Shown here piece by piece: positions 1-8,428 of a DNA stretch of 64,000 nucleotides. The stretch is from Candidatus Nomurabacteria bacterium. GTDB taxonomy: Bacteria > Patescibacteriota > WWE3 > UBA101185 > UBA10185. The number at the start of each line of letters is the position of its first letter. The first letter of the stretch is position 1. The notes beneath the pieces were generated by a model. That model did no database searches. It saw only the letters and a list, made by a program, of their open reading frames with translations, and was not told where the DNA came from. Where the stretch lies: contig JACKGU010000001.1 of assembly GCA_020631855.1 (NCBI GenBank), positions 167,601 to 231,600 of the forward strand, read 5' to 3'. Position numbers and translations under genes: made by a program.

Positions 1-364
1 TATATTGTCAAACTTAGTTAAAGATAGGTCTAATCCGATGCTCGATGAAAAAGAAATCGCAAAAGTCTCTTCTTTAAAAGGTAACTTTAGCGGTAAGCCC
101 GCTGCAGTAAATGCGAACAATTTAATAGGCGAGGTTTATAAAAGATATGGCAAGGATCTTGTGATAGTAGGTTGTGGGGGTGTTTTTAATGCCAAAGATG
201 CTTATGAAAAGATAAAACTTGGTGCAAGCTTGGTTCAGTTGGTGACGGGGCTTGTTTATGAAGGGCCTACAGTTGCAGCAAATATAAATATGGGGCTGGT
301 TGAGTTGTTAAGAAAAGACGGATACGAAAACATTTCTGAAGCTATAGGTGTAGGTAATGCATAA
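1..364 (+). CDS. pyrD: Dihydroorotate dehydrogenase, C-terminal part. The gene is 5'-truncated by the window edge.
   Basis: The reading frame is open from position 2. The translation ends in the conserved DHODH C-terminus: ...GNFSGKPA...IVGCGGVFNAKDAYEKIKLGASLVQLVTGLVYEGP... Confidence 0.7.
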   Translation, partial: ILSNLVKDRSNPMLDEKEIAKVSSLKGNFSGKPAAVNANNLIGEVYKRYGKDLVIVGCGGVFNAKDAYEKIKLGASLVQLVTGLVYEGPTVAANINMGLVELLRKDGYENISEAIGVGNA

Positions 365-479
365 AAGCATTGAGTTAGAACATAAATTTGTCTATGCAGT
401 TTCGGATATGGCAGGCGAAGTATACTTTAAGCTTTAGTTTTGCTATTGCTGTATAGTTAGTTATAGAAAGGGAGGGCAC

Positions 480-944
480 GTGCAGATGTTAGTTTCGGTT
501 ATTAGCATCTTTTTAATAATAGCCGGTTTAGTTGTAGGATTAGGTGCAGTTACAGTTATAGATTTGCACGGTTTCTGTGCGAGGAAATCTTCTTATTGGA
601 CTGTGGCAACTATTGCTACGCATAAAATCACAAAGCCGTTAATCTGGCTAGGCATTTTATTACTTTCCTTGGGATTAACTTTTTTTTATTCGTCTTCAAT
701 TTTTTTGCCCCGGGTTGCAAAAATGCAACTTTTTCTTATAGCGGCGCTTGTACTTAACGGAGTGTATTTAAGTTTTGTAATTAGCCCTGCCTTGCTCATT
801 AAAGAAAAGCAGGGCAAAGCTTCAGAACTTCTTTCTTCGTCGATGCAGAGCAGGATAGCTGCCAGCATGCTAGTGTCTTTTTTTGGTTGGTGGGCGCTAG
901 TTTTATCTATAGCGTATATTTTTAGCAGACTATGGCAAAACTAA
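480..944 (+). CDS. Hypothetical polytopic membrane protein (154 aa).
   Basis: A GGAGG motif sits 7 nt upstream of a GTG/ATG start. The product has four predicted hydrophobic helices and no recognisable motif. Confidence 0.5.
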   Translation: MQMLVSVISIFLIIAGLVVGLGAVTVIDLHGFCARKSSYWTVATIATHKITKPLIWLGILLLSLGLTFFYSSSIFLPRVAKMQLFLIAALVLNGVYLSFVISPALLIKEKQGKASELLSSSMQSRIAASMLVSFFGWWALVLSIAYIFSRLWQN

Positions 945-1618
945 TAGGTTCTAAAATCAAACATGTTGTTCTAGATGCCGATGGCACGTTGTTTAAAACT
1001 GAAAACCCTTACTTATATGTAGCCCAGGCCTTGAACGTATACGAAGATGTCTTGGTTTTAATAAATAAATATCTCAGTAAAGATATCTCTTATGAAGAAC
1101 TGATAGAAAAAGAGACGTCTTTATTTTCTCGTACTTATAAAAAAATGACCGGCCGCCATCCCCATACAGGTGACTTGGAGAAGTACCTTCCTGTTCCCAA
1201 GCTGTTTGACGACGTTAAAGAGACCATAGAAGAGCTTCATCGGAGGCAAGTTCATGTTTATGTTATTAGTTCTGGGTTCTATTATTTAGTAGAGGATTTG
1301 GTTGCGTTGGGTATAAAACTAAGAGATATTCATGCAAATAAATTTTTGTATAACACGCACGGGGAGTTTGAAATGATAAAAATTGATGTTTCCGGAGAGA
1401 AAATTGATATCATGAAAAGTATATTTGGCAATTCTCTGGGTGATGTTGCTTATGTCGGTGATAATGCTTTTGATGAAAAGCTTTGCGAGTTTGTGCTATT
1501 ATCGGAAGGCACTGTTTTTTTTAAAACAACCGGTGAAAATTTATTTAAAATGAAGCACTCTTTTGCAAATAAAAATTTTCATAAAACTAAGACTTTGTCA
1601 GATATCTTATCTTTTTGA
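932..1618 (+). CDS. HAD-superfamily hydrolase.
   Basis: It has the N-terminal DxDGT motif (VVLDADGTLF) and a C-terminal GDxxxD-like motif (VGDNAFDEKL). These give the HAD motif I/IV architecture. Confidence 0.65.
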   Translation: MAKLIGSKIKHVVLDADGTLFKTENPYLYVAQALNVYEDVLVLINKYLSKDISYEELIEKETSLFSRTYKKMTGRHPHTGDLEKYLPVPKLFDDVKETIEELHRRQVHVYVISSGFYYLVEDLVALGIKLRDIHANKFLYNTHGEFEMIKIDVSGEKIDIMKSIFGNSLGDVAYVGDNAFDEKLCEFVLLSEGTVFFKTTGENLFKMKHSFANKNFHKTKTLSDILSF

Positions 1619-1622
1619 TTTA

Positions 1623-1745
1623 TTTATAATTTCGTTACTCAAACCTACTTACGCGAGCTAGTAGATATAGTTTACCCAACATCTTGAGCTCTGCAAGGCA
1701 AAGAAATTACAGTAAAACACCTGCTTCAGCTGGTGGTGGTTAATA
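1623..1745 (+). repeat. Conserved ~123-nt intergenic element, copy 1. Candidate structured sRNA or repeat family.
   Basis: It begins TTATAATTTCGTTACT, contains CTACTT..AGCTAGTAG and a CTYTGC-loop-GCAAAG hairpin, and ends CCACCTGC..GCTGGTGGTGGTTAAT. It aligns along its full length with copies at 5727, 8429 and 30918. Confidence 0.6.
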
Positions 1746-1782
1746 TCTGCACTGATCCGAAAATATATTGAAGTGTAAATTT

Positions 1783-2163
1783 TTAGTTAATTTTGAATTT
1801 TTCCATTTGTCTTAGTATTCCTCTGCCGTGCTGACTATTAAAAACGGCTGTCATATCTGTATTACATTCGAATATGTCTCCTCCACTGTGTAAGTCTTTA
1901 AAGTTTGTCACGTCGTATTTTTGTGAATTTATGGTTATTATGCAGGTTTCCAGATTTGAGAGGGTTTCTGGTTTTTGGCCGGTATCAAGAGTTTTGGTAA
2001 GGTTGTTGTCAATAGTAGTTTTTGTATTTTCTACTTCGGCTAAGTTTTGTAATTTTTCTTTATTTTGCGCTGTGTCCGGTTGATAGTAAGTATATATGGC
2101 CCCGGTGAGTAAAATTGTAATAATTACTACATTAGCTATTAAAATCTTATTTATGAGTTTCAT
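1783..2163 (-). CDS. Cytochrome b5-like haem-binding domain protein with an N-terminal signal anchor.
   Basis: YDVTNFKDLHSGGD...FNSQHGRG matches the cytochrome b5 pattern YDVTxFxxxHPGG...H, which supplies two His ligands. The N-terminus (IANVVIITILLTGAIY) is hydrophobic. Its ATG overlaps the stop codon of the upstream gene by 4 nt. Confidence 0.6.
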   Translation of the reverse strand: MKLINKILIANVVIITILLTGAIYTYYQPDTAQNKEKLQNLAEVENTKTTIDNNLTKTLDTGQKPETLSNLETCIITINSQKYDVTNFKDLHSGGDIFECNTDMTAVFNSQHGRGILRQMEKFKIN

Positions 2164-3488
2164 TTTAATGCAAAATCCTCAAAAACTATGTTTTTTCTTG
2201 GAACTCCTAATTCTATAAACTGTTTGGCTAGCGATGCCATCATTTCTGTTGGCCCACAGAGCATCACCAGCGTATTCCTTACGTCCTTGCGGGCATCTTG
2301 CATGAAAACTCCCATTTCCGGTGCTAGAGTTTTTGCGGCTTGAATTTTACCTTTAATGCTAGAATACCAAAAAATAATTTCAATATTGCTCGTTTCTTTC
2401 GTTGTCGCTATAAGTTCGTTTTTATATACAGCATCGGTCTCGTTATTGGTGCAGTAAAACAAATGCATTTTGGTAGCGGGATCTGTCATATTAGATCCCA
2501 GTATGCTTAAAAAGGGCGTTATGCCTATTCCACCGGCTATAGCTATTATCCGTGGGGTTGTATTTATTTTGGAGCTAAAATCCCCGTAGGGACCATACAG
2601 GTACAGTTTTGCGCCTTTTTGTATTTTGCTGAGCTGTTCGGTATAGTCGCCTAAAATCTTAATTGCCAGTCTAATTTTCTTTGAGTTTGTTGGAGACGAG
2701 ATAGAGAAGGGGTGCTCCTCAGGTCCGATTTTAAAATCAGCTGTTCTCATGAATACGTATTGCCCTGCCTCAAAAATCATAGGTCGATTCTCGTTTTTAG
2801 GATTTAGTATAAGCTCAAAAATTGAACCTTTTTTAATAATTTCATCGACTACATAGTTGTACTTCGAGGTGAAGTTCTTGTAAATTATCAGTTTATACAT
2901 ATAGGCACTTATGCCTACTGCTACAACGCTCAGCATCCAAATTTTAAGAGGCTCGTTTCGTGAAACATCGCTTGTTATTGTTCCAATGTGTAGGCCTACA
3001 AAAACGAGCACCACCCCCATAAATTGATGGCTTATTTTCCACAAATGGTAGGGTATTTTGTTATATAAAGTTAGTGCCAGAAGAGCAATAAGTAGGTAAA
3101 AAGCGACAACCCCAAAGTTGTTCTCTAGGGTTTTACCCACAAAAAAATACTGAAGCGGAGAGGTGTCGCCGCCCCATGCATTCAAAACAAGAAGAGTAGG
3201 GTGATACAAGACCAAAATGAAAGCTGTGATGCCGATCACATGATGCACTCTATAGATTCTGTCCAAGCTGCCAAAAAGTTTTTCCAGGAACCTAGCTCTG
3301 GTACTTAAGACGTATGCCCATGACAGCAAGGTCGCAGCAATAAGAGAGAAGTATTGCGATAGCGCCAGAAAAGGCTTGTCGGCAATAGCTAAGATTGAGT
3401 TCTTGGACATTAAGAATAGTGCGGTTGTTAAGAAACATGAGACTAGAACTACGTATGGTCCCAGATTTTTTAATCCTTTAAATAACAT
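2160..3488 (-). CDS. Ferric-reductase-domain (NOX/FRE-like) membrane flavocytochrome.
   Basis: Six transmembrane helices carry two bis-His pairs at i,i+13 spacing (HVIGITAFILVLYH and HQFMGVVLVFVGLH). It has the FAD motif HPFSISS and the NAD(P)H motifs GGIGITPF and CGP. Confidence 0.75.
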   Translation of the reverse strand: MLFKGLKNLGPYVVLVSCFLTTALFLMSKNSILAIADKPFLALSQYFSLIAATLLSWAYVLSTRARFLEKLFGSLDRIYRVHHVIGITAFILVLYHPTLLVLNAWGGDTSPLQYFFVGKTLENNFGVVAFYLLIALLALTLYNKIPYHLWKISHQFMGVVLVFVGLHIGTITSDVSRNEPLKIWMLSVVAVGISAYMYKLIIYKNFTSKYNYVVDEIIKKGSIFELILNPKNENRPMIFEAGQYVFMRTADFKIGPEEHPFSISSPTNSKKIRLAIKILGDYTEQLSKIQKGAKLYLYGPYGDFSSKINTTPRIIAIAGGIGITPFLSILGSNMTDPATKMHLFYCTNNETDAVYKNELIATTKETSNIEIIFWYSSIKGKIQAAKTLAPEMGVFMQDARKDVRNTLVMLCGPTEMMASLAKQFIELGVPRKNIVFEDFALK

Positions 3489-3517
3489 TAGGTAACATTA
3501 TACTCTCCTCGATTCCT

Positions 3518-4390
3518 TTATGCCGATACCTGCTTTGTATGTAAATTTGGATAAGCAGCTGCTACAACAATTACCGTGCCGCCTATAAGTGTAGAAATAG
3601 AAAATACTTCATAGAAAAACAGCCACCCAAAAATAACTCCGAATAGAATCTCAGCCAGGCCTATCAGACTTCCTATGCTACCCTCTAAATATTTAAAACC
3701 TTCAATAGCCGCAAAATTAGCTATGAGCATGCTTATTGCATAAAATAGCTGCGCAGCCCAAACCGATGTGTTGGTAAAAGAAGGTATCGAGTCGTGATTA
3801 AGCAGCGCGAGGGGGGTATTTATTAGTATTTGGAGTGCAAAATAGCCAAGCATTATTTGAAATTCCGAATAATTTCCTGAAAGTTTTTTAGTAAGAACCA
3901 CAGTTGCTGCTCCGAGCGCGCCTGCTATACATGTTAGGCCTGCAGCCACTAATTGTCCCGGACCAAGGGAGAATTTATAAATTAAAGCCATACCTAGCAC
4001 AGATAAAGCTAGGCTGAAAAGTTTGGTTTTACTTATTTTCTCACTTAAAAACGTTTTACTAAGAACGTAACCCCCTATTACTAGAGAGGCGTAAAAAAGT
4101 AAAGTTGCCGTGCCGATTTGCAAGTGTTGAAATCCAAAGTAATATGGGGCTTGATTTATACCCCCGGCGAGCGCAATGACAATAAACCAAGGTAAGTCTT
4201 CTCTTCTAATTCTTTTTAGAAATCGTAATTTGTAATTGAGTACTAGAACAACTACTAATAAAAATAATCCTCTAGTCCAGGCTTGTGAGAAAGAGCCGAA
4301 AGAAGCCCCCATTAAGCGCGACCACACTCCGTATGAAGCATAAAATAGCGCAGATATTAAGATGTAGATAGTTCCTTTTGTGGTTGACAT
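3518..4390 (-). CDS. DMT/EamA-family transporter.
   Basis: It has about ten transmembrane helices and two EamA-like halves. I chose the internal start MSTTKGTIYIL; the longer ORF N-terminus is non-hydrophobic junk. Confidence 0.6.
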   Translation of the reverse strand: MSTTKGTIYILISALFYASYGVWSRLMGASFGSFSQAWTRGLFLLVVVLVLNYKLRFLKRIRREDLPWFIVIALAGGINQAPYYFGFQHLQIGTATLLFYASLVIGGYVLSKTFLSEKISKTKLFSLALSVLGMALIYKFSLGPGQLVAAGLTCIAGALGAATVVLTKKLSGNYSEFQIMLGYFALQILINTPLALLNHDSIPSFTNTSVWAAQLFYAISMLIANFAAIEGFKYLEGSIGSLIGLAEILFGVIFGWLFFYEVFSISTLIGGTVIVVAAAYPNLHTKQVSA

Positions 4391-4430
4391 GTATTGGATT
4401 ATAGTGAGCAAATTGTGTATCATCAAACTG

Positions 4431-5246
4431 ATGTCCGATAAAACAGACAGATTTATATCTTTATTGTTACCTCTGGGTCTTAGCAGAGATGAAGCAGCTT
4501 TATACCTGTTTTTGAGAGAAAACTCTAGTTGTACCGCCTTACAGTTAAGCAAGAAACTTGCTATCCCCCGAACACGGGTGTACCGAATATTGGACAATTT
4601 ACTAAAACTGGGAATGGTAAAAATCCTTCTCGGCGCTCGGGGCCAAAAATATGAGGCTTCCGGTAAGGAACAGATTGACGCTCTTATTGCACAAAGAGAG
4701 CACGAAACAAATTCTCTAAAAAGAAGTGTGGAGATTATAGAGGATCATTTGTCTTTATTGCCAAATTCTGTGGGTACACAGTCAAAGGTGTTGTATTATC
4801 GAGGCTTAGAGGGATTAAAGCAAATAACTTGGAATTCTTTAAAAGCCAAAGACGGCCTTCTTACTTTAGAAGTTACAGATATGAATGCTTTTTTTGATAA
4901 AGCTTACGCCGAGGATATGCGCCTTAGATTTATTGAGAAGAAGATAAAAATAAGAACCCTGACAAATGCGCGAAAAATTCTTTCTTGGACAAATGTAGCT
5001 AGCGAAATGGTTGAAAAATATTGGGAAATTCGACACATTCCGGAAAAACAACTGCGCATAAATTTCGAAATCCTCATTTATAATGATGTATATACCCTTT
5101 ATCGCTACCAGGATTCGGAGATATTTTGTGTGGAAATTTACAATAAAGAGTTGGCTGAGATGCAAAAGCAGCTATTTGAGTTTATGTGGAAAAACGCAAG
5201 AAAGTTCAAAGTTTTAAACAGTAGTGGGGAGGCTTTTTTGTTGTAA
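4431..5246 (+). CDS. TrmB-family HTH transcriptional regulator.
   Basis: The N-terminus LGLSRDEAALYLFLRENSSCTALQLSKKLAIPRTRVYRILDNLLKLGMV is a TrmB-type winged helix. The gene is divergent from the EamA transporter. The start was chosen at MSDKTDRF. Confidence 0.6.
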   Translation: MSDKTDRFISLLLPLGLSRDEAALYLFLRENSSCTALQLSKKLAIPRTRVYRILDNLLKLGMVKILLGARGQKYEASGKEQIDALIAQREHETNSLKRSVEIIEDHLSLLPNSVGTQSKVLYYRGLEGLKQITWNSLKAKDGLLTLEVTDMNAFFDKAYAEDMRLRFIEKKIKIRTLTNARKILSWTNVASEMVEKYWEIRHIPEKQLRINFEILIYNDVYTLYRYQDSEIFCVEIYNKELAEMQKQLFEFMWKNARKFKVLNSSGEAFLL

Positions 5247-5446
5247 AGAGGCGCGGCAGGGACTAGTTAATTATGTTGCGGATTACTTTATGCACGAAGT
5301 AGGGACGTCTGCATAATTTTATACTTGGGGCGATGTATATTGATACTGATCGACAGAGATCATTAAGAGTGGAAGGCCTGCTGCTGCCTACCGAAAACCC
5401 GACGATATATTCCTTGATCCAGCGTATCGTTCTTCTTGGCAGGGGC

Positions 5447-5520
5447 GGAAGGAATCGAACCCTCACAAACGGTTTTGGAGACCGTTGTACTACCATTATA
5501 CGACGCCCCTACATTTTTAC
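5447..5520 (-). tRNA. tRNA-Trp (anticodon CCA).
   Basis: The reverse complement AGGGGCGTCGTATAATGGTAGTACAACGGTCTCCAAAACCGTTTGTGAGGGTTCGATTCCTTCCGCCCCTGCCA folds as a cloverleaf. The anticodon loop is CTCCAAA. Confidence 0.9.
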
Positions 5521-5595
5521 CCGCCTTATTAGCTCAAACTACTAACTGAACCAAAATGTGTTAAAAACTCAAAGTATCGAGTCTTTTTTTTAAGA

Positions 5596-5672
5596 TGGAG
5601 CCCGCTGGCAGAGTCGAACTGCCGACCTCATCCTTACCATGGATGCGCTCTAACCAACTGAGCTAAGCGGGC
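5596..5672 (-). tRNA. tRNA-Thr (anticodon GGT).
   Basis: The reverse complement is GCCCGCTTAGCTCAGTTGGTTAGAGCGCATCCATGGTAAGGATG...TTCGACTCTGCCAGCGGGCTCCA. The anticodon loop ATGGTAA sits in a CATCC/GGATG stem. Confidence 0.9.
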
Positions 5673-5726
5673 GCTGTCAACTACTATACAATCTAATCCC
5701 ATATTTTTCCACTTTTTGTTTGTAGT

Positions 5727-5850
5727 TTTATAATCTCGTTACTTTAATCTGCTTGTGCTATCTAGTAGATGCGGTTTACTTAGGATGCTCGGCTTTGCAG
5801 CGCAAAGAAATTACAGTAAGCCGCCTGCGTAAGCTGATGGCGGTTGATTA
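5727..5850 (+). repeat. Conserved ~123-nt intergenic element, copy 2.
   Basis: TTATAATCTCGTTACT...GGCTTTGCAGCGCAAAGAAATTACAGTAAGCCGCCTGCGTAAGCTGATGGCGGTTGATT. Its terminal hairpin uses CCGCC/GGCGG where the other copies have CCACC/GGTGG, which is a compensatory change. Confidence 0.6.
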
Positions 5851-5928
5851 GGCGGCCTCTTTACACCTTTTAGCCATAACTGAAGTTCTTGACCCAATCT
5901 AATAGTATTTGCTGCAGTCTTTGGTCGT

Positions 5929-7056
5929 TTGATTATTTCTCACGGTTTGCTAAAATGCGGACACCGCAAGACTAGTAAAATGTTAATAACAGGGTTTTTA
6001 ACACAGAAACATATAACAAAGCTAAAAAAACTTATTTTTAGCGAGGAGGAGAAATTTTTAGTAAATAAAATTGCTCATTTTTCAATCCGACTAGGGCAAA
6101 CCTCAATAATCACTGCAGTTATAAAATCTCTTGAGGTTGGAATGACCTTTTTACTATATGTATTTTTAAACAAAGTGCGTTTATTGGGACTCTCTGCTCT
6201 GTACCCTCTATTTTTTTTATATGTGGCAGTCTCTGTGCTCGCATTTTTTTTGAGAACCGTTGTTTTTGGCTACTATTCTAACGCTTATAGTCGCTTGATA
6301 GGTGCAGTTTTGGACAACTTGATCTCGTTTTTACTGGATGACTACAGAGTTTCTTTAGCCACCGTGTCGGCAAATTTTCCAAGCCCTAAAGATATTGCTA
6401 ATAAAATCTCTGACGCCAGTAAAAGTTTGCTTTATATTGTATCGGTGCTATCTTCGATTATCGGCTTGGTGTTAGGGTTGCTAGTCCTTCTTGTCGCCTA
6501 TTTGTTTGTTGGGGAGCCTTTTTTGATAAATGTTGTTCTTATGTCTTTGTTATTTCTTGGGGCCTTCGCAATTTACGTTAGATTCGGATCTTTATACTAT
6601 CCATCGCAGAAAGCCTTCATGTCTTTAGTGGATAAATTCGACATTGATTTTAGCGGTACTCGGCCTTTGTTAATTCGTACAAACCTGAATTTATACCCTA
6701 AAGAGCTTAATAAGGCCCTTGAAGATACGGTGCGTGTCACTACCAAAATTAATTTAATTTCCAATGCTACCGCCTATATAGGTCCGATGTTGTTGGTTTT
6801 ATCCTTTTTTATACCCGCTCTTTCGCAGGATCTCAGCCATTATATAATTGTTGCCCTGTTCGTTGTTTCTAACACATTTGGGCATTCTGGCATTGTGAGT
6901 CACTACTATGCGGTAAATTTGTCCCGTGAACGTTTGGTAGAGTTTGATGCCATGTTAGACACAGTTCTTGAGACAGGGGCCGAATTAACCCCCCTCAGAT
7001 ACGACGATATATCAAACCATTATTTCAAAGATAATCCCTTTAAATCTCGTATCTAA
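5929..7056 (+). CDS. ABC-exporter-type transmembrane domain protein (six helices with long cytoplasmic loops).
   Basis: Three helix pairs are separated by 60–70-aa loops, the type-I exporter topology. It lies immediately upstream of an ABC-like ATPase gene. The start is uncertain and could be at M18. Confidence 0.5.
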   Translation: MIISHGLLKCGHRKTSKMLITGFLTQKHITKLKKLIFSEEEKFLVNKIAHFSIRLGQTSIITAVIKSLEVGMTFLLYVFLNKVRLLGLSALYPLFFLYVAVSVLAFFLRTVVFGYYSNAYSRLIGAVLDNLISFLLDDYRVSLATVSANFPSPKDIANKISDASKSLLYIVSVLSSIIGLVLGLLVLLVAYLFVGEPFLINVVLMSLLFLGAFAIYVRFGSLYYPSQKAFMSLVDKFDIDFSGTRPLLIRTNLNLYPKELNKALEDTVRVTTKINLISNATAYIGPMLLVLSFFIPALSQDLSHYIIVALFVVSNTFGHSGIVSHYYAVNLSRERLVEFDAMLDTVLETGAELTPLRYDDISNHYFKDNPFKSRI

Positions 7057-7126
7057 AGAGTGTATCGATGAAAGCCAAGGTCTTGAGATAAAGTCTTTAG
7101 TTTATATTTCAGGCCGTGGCGATTCT

Positions 7127-8023
7127 ATGAAAAATGTTTATCTAGACCATCTATTTCTTGAGAAAAATAAAGTTCATTTTTTAATAGGTGATTCCGGAAT
7201 AGGAAAATCTATATTTGGCAGGCTTATTACACTCAGGTACGAAGCTTTTAAGTGTGATTTTTTGGGTATGGGGGATTGTGATTTTAGAACATTTGAAAAT
7301 TTGGACGACGGATTAAAGGAGCTTCACTTTAGTAGTATAAGAAACATTGATACTAGCTATAGAAACGCGATTGGGGCCTATTTGGCATCAGATTTTGAGT
7401 GTAGGTTCTTTTTAACGCAGCTTGTGGAAACATTAAAAAGTAAGGCCGAGGTGGCAGGCTTTTTTGATTCCAGTGTGGATTACTATGGATCTAAGACAGC
7501 CGAGATATTAAAAGTGATGGAAGGCTATGATTTTAAATTTTGTAAAGAGGATTTTCTTGGGCTATCTAAGCAAGAACTTCGTGAATTAAGAGAGTGTTTT
7601 AGATCCCGAATAGAGTGGTTCCCCTCATCTAAAATATTTGCACTTTCGGCAATTTTTGAATATATGACTTTTACACATCTAAGATCTTTTATACCTGAAG
7701 CTTCGCTGTATTTTATGGATGCGGTACTATCCGAGCCTCCTGTTTCTCAGGGGCAGAGGCGCAGGATTCTTTTGGCTCTTGATGTATTGCTTGGAGGAGC
7801 CGTGATGGTTATTGATGAGCCATTTAGCAATATTGATCTTGGGGCGTCAAAAAGCATTTTATACAAGTTAAAAAACTATAATCAGGTTAATAATTCAGTG
7901 CTGTTAGTTTTGGACCAAAAAATACATCCCGAATTACTAGAGGTGTGTCGAAGCGAAGGTAATTTAGGTAAAGTTTTAGGCTTTTCTGATGAAGGTAAGG
8001 GTCTTAAGATAGTCGAGTTGTGA
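7127..8023 (+). CDS. Degenerate ABC-type ATPase (nucleotide-binding domain) with an ~80-aa insertion.
   Basis: Walker A is GDSGIGKS at aa 21–28. The signature-like motif VSQGQRRRILLA is at aa 206–217. Walker B is VMVIDEP at aa 226–232 and the D-loop is SNIDL. The Walker A to signature distance is about 180 aa, against about 100 in canonical domains. Confidence 0.5.
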   Translation: MKNVYLDHLFLEKNKVHFLIGDSGIGKSIFGRLITLRYEAFKCDFLGMGDCDFRTFENLDDGLKELHFSSIRNIDTSYRNAIGAYLASDFECRFFLTQLVETLKSKAEVAGFFDSSVDYYGSKTAEILKVMEGYDFKFCKEDFLGLSKQELRELRECFRSRIEWFPSSKIFALSAIFEYMTFTHLRSFIPEASLYFMDAVLSEPPVSQGQRRRILLALDVLLGGAVMVIDEPFSNIDLGASKSILYKLKNYNQVNNSVLLVLDQKIHPELLEVCRSEGNLGKVLGFSDEGKGLKIVEL

Positions 8024-8124
8024 GGTGCGTAAGGATTGTGGCCGGCCAAGCCCGGGCAAGGTTTGTGTGGGCTTGTGTATAGGTCGTATTCTCTAGCGTT
8101 GTTAATCTTCGAAAAAGGTTAATT

Positions 8125-8210
8125 TGGTGCCGGGAGCAGGATTTGAACCTGCGTAGGCTTGCGCCAGCTGATTTACAGTCAGCCCCGTTTGGCCACTTCG
8201 GTATCCCGGC
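8125..8210 (-). tRNA. tRNA-Tyr (anticodon GTA).
   Basis: The reverse complement GCCGGGATACCGAAGTGGCCAAACGGGGCTGACTGTAAATCAGC...GGTTCAAATCCTGCTCCCGGCACCA has a long variable arm. The anticodon loop is CTGTAAA. Confidence 0.9.
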
Positions 8211-8283
8211 ACGTTAAGTCAGTAAGTCTGTGGCAGTAGCCTGCGACAGAACTATAGCACTTTTGCATGAGCAGAACTCTATC

Positions 8284-8358
8284 TGGAGCCAGCGGTGAGA
8301 GTCGAACTCACGACCTATCCCTTACAAGAGGATTGCTCTGCCACTGAGCTACGCTGGC
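8284..8358 (-). tRNA. tRNA-Thr (anticodon TGT).
   Basis: The reverse complement GCCAGCGTAGCTCAGTGGCAGAGCAATCCTCTTGTAAGGGATAGGTCGTGAGTTCGACTCTCACCGCTGGCTCCA is a perfect cloverleaf. Confidence 0.9.
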
Positions 8359-8428
8359 CTCTGTATGGTTTAAACCATAGTGCCTCTGCATTTTAACACA
8401 TGTTAGTTTTATGGGGAATTACTTGTTT

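Noticed and set aside
5263-5545. ORF-track entries 5263–5496 (−) and 5333–5545 (+).
   Set aside because: They overlap the tRNA-Trp gene and its flanks. Both are arginine-rich and low-complexity with no start context, so they are spurious.
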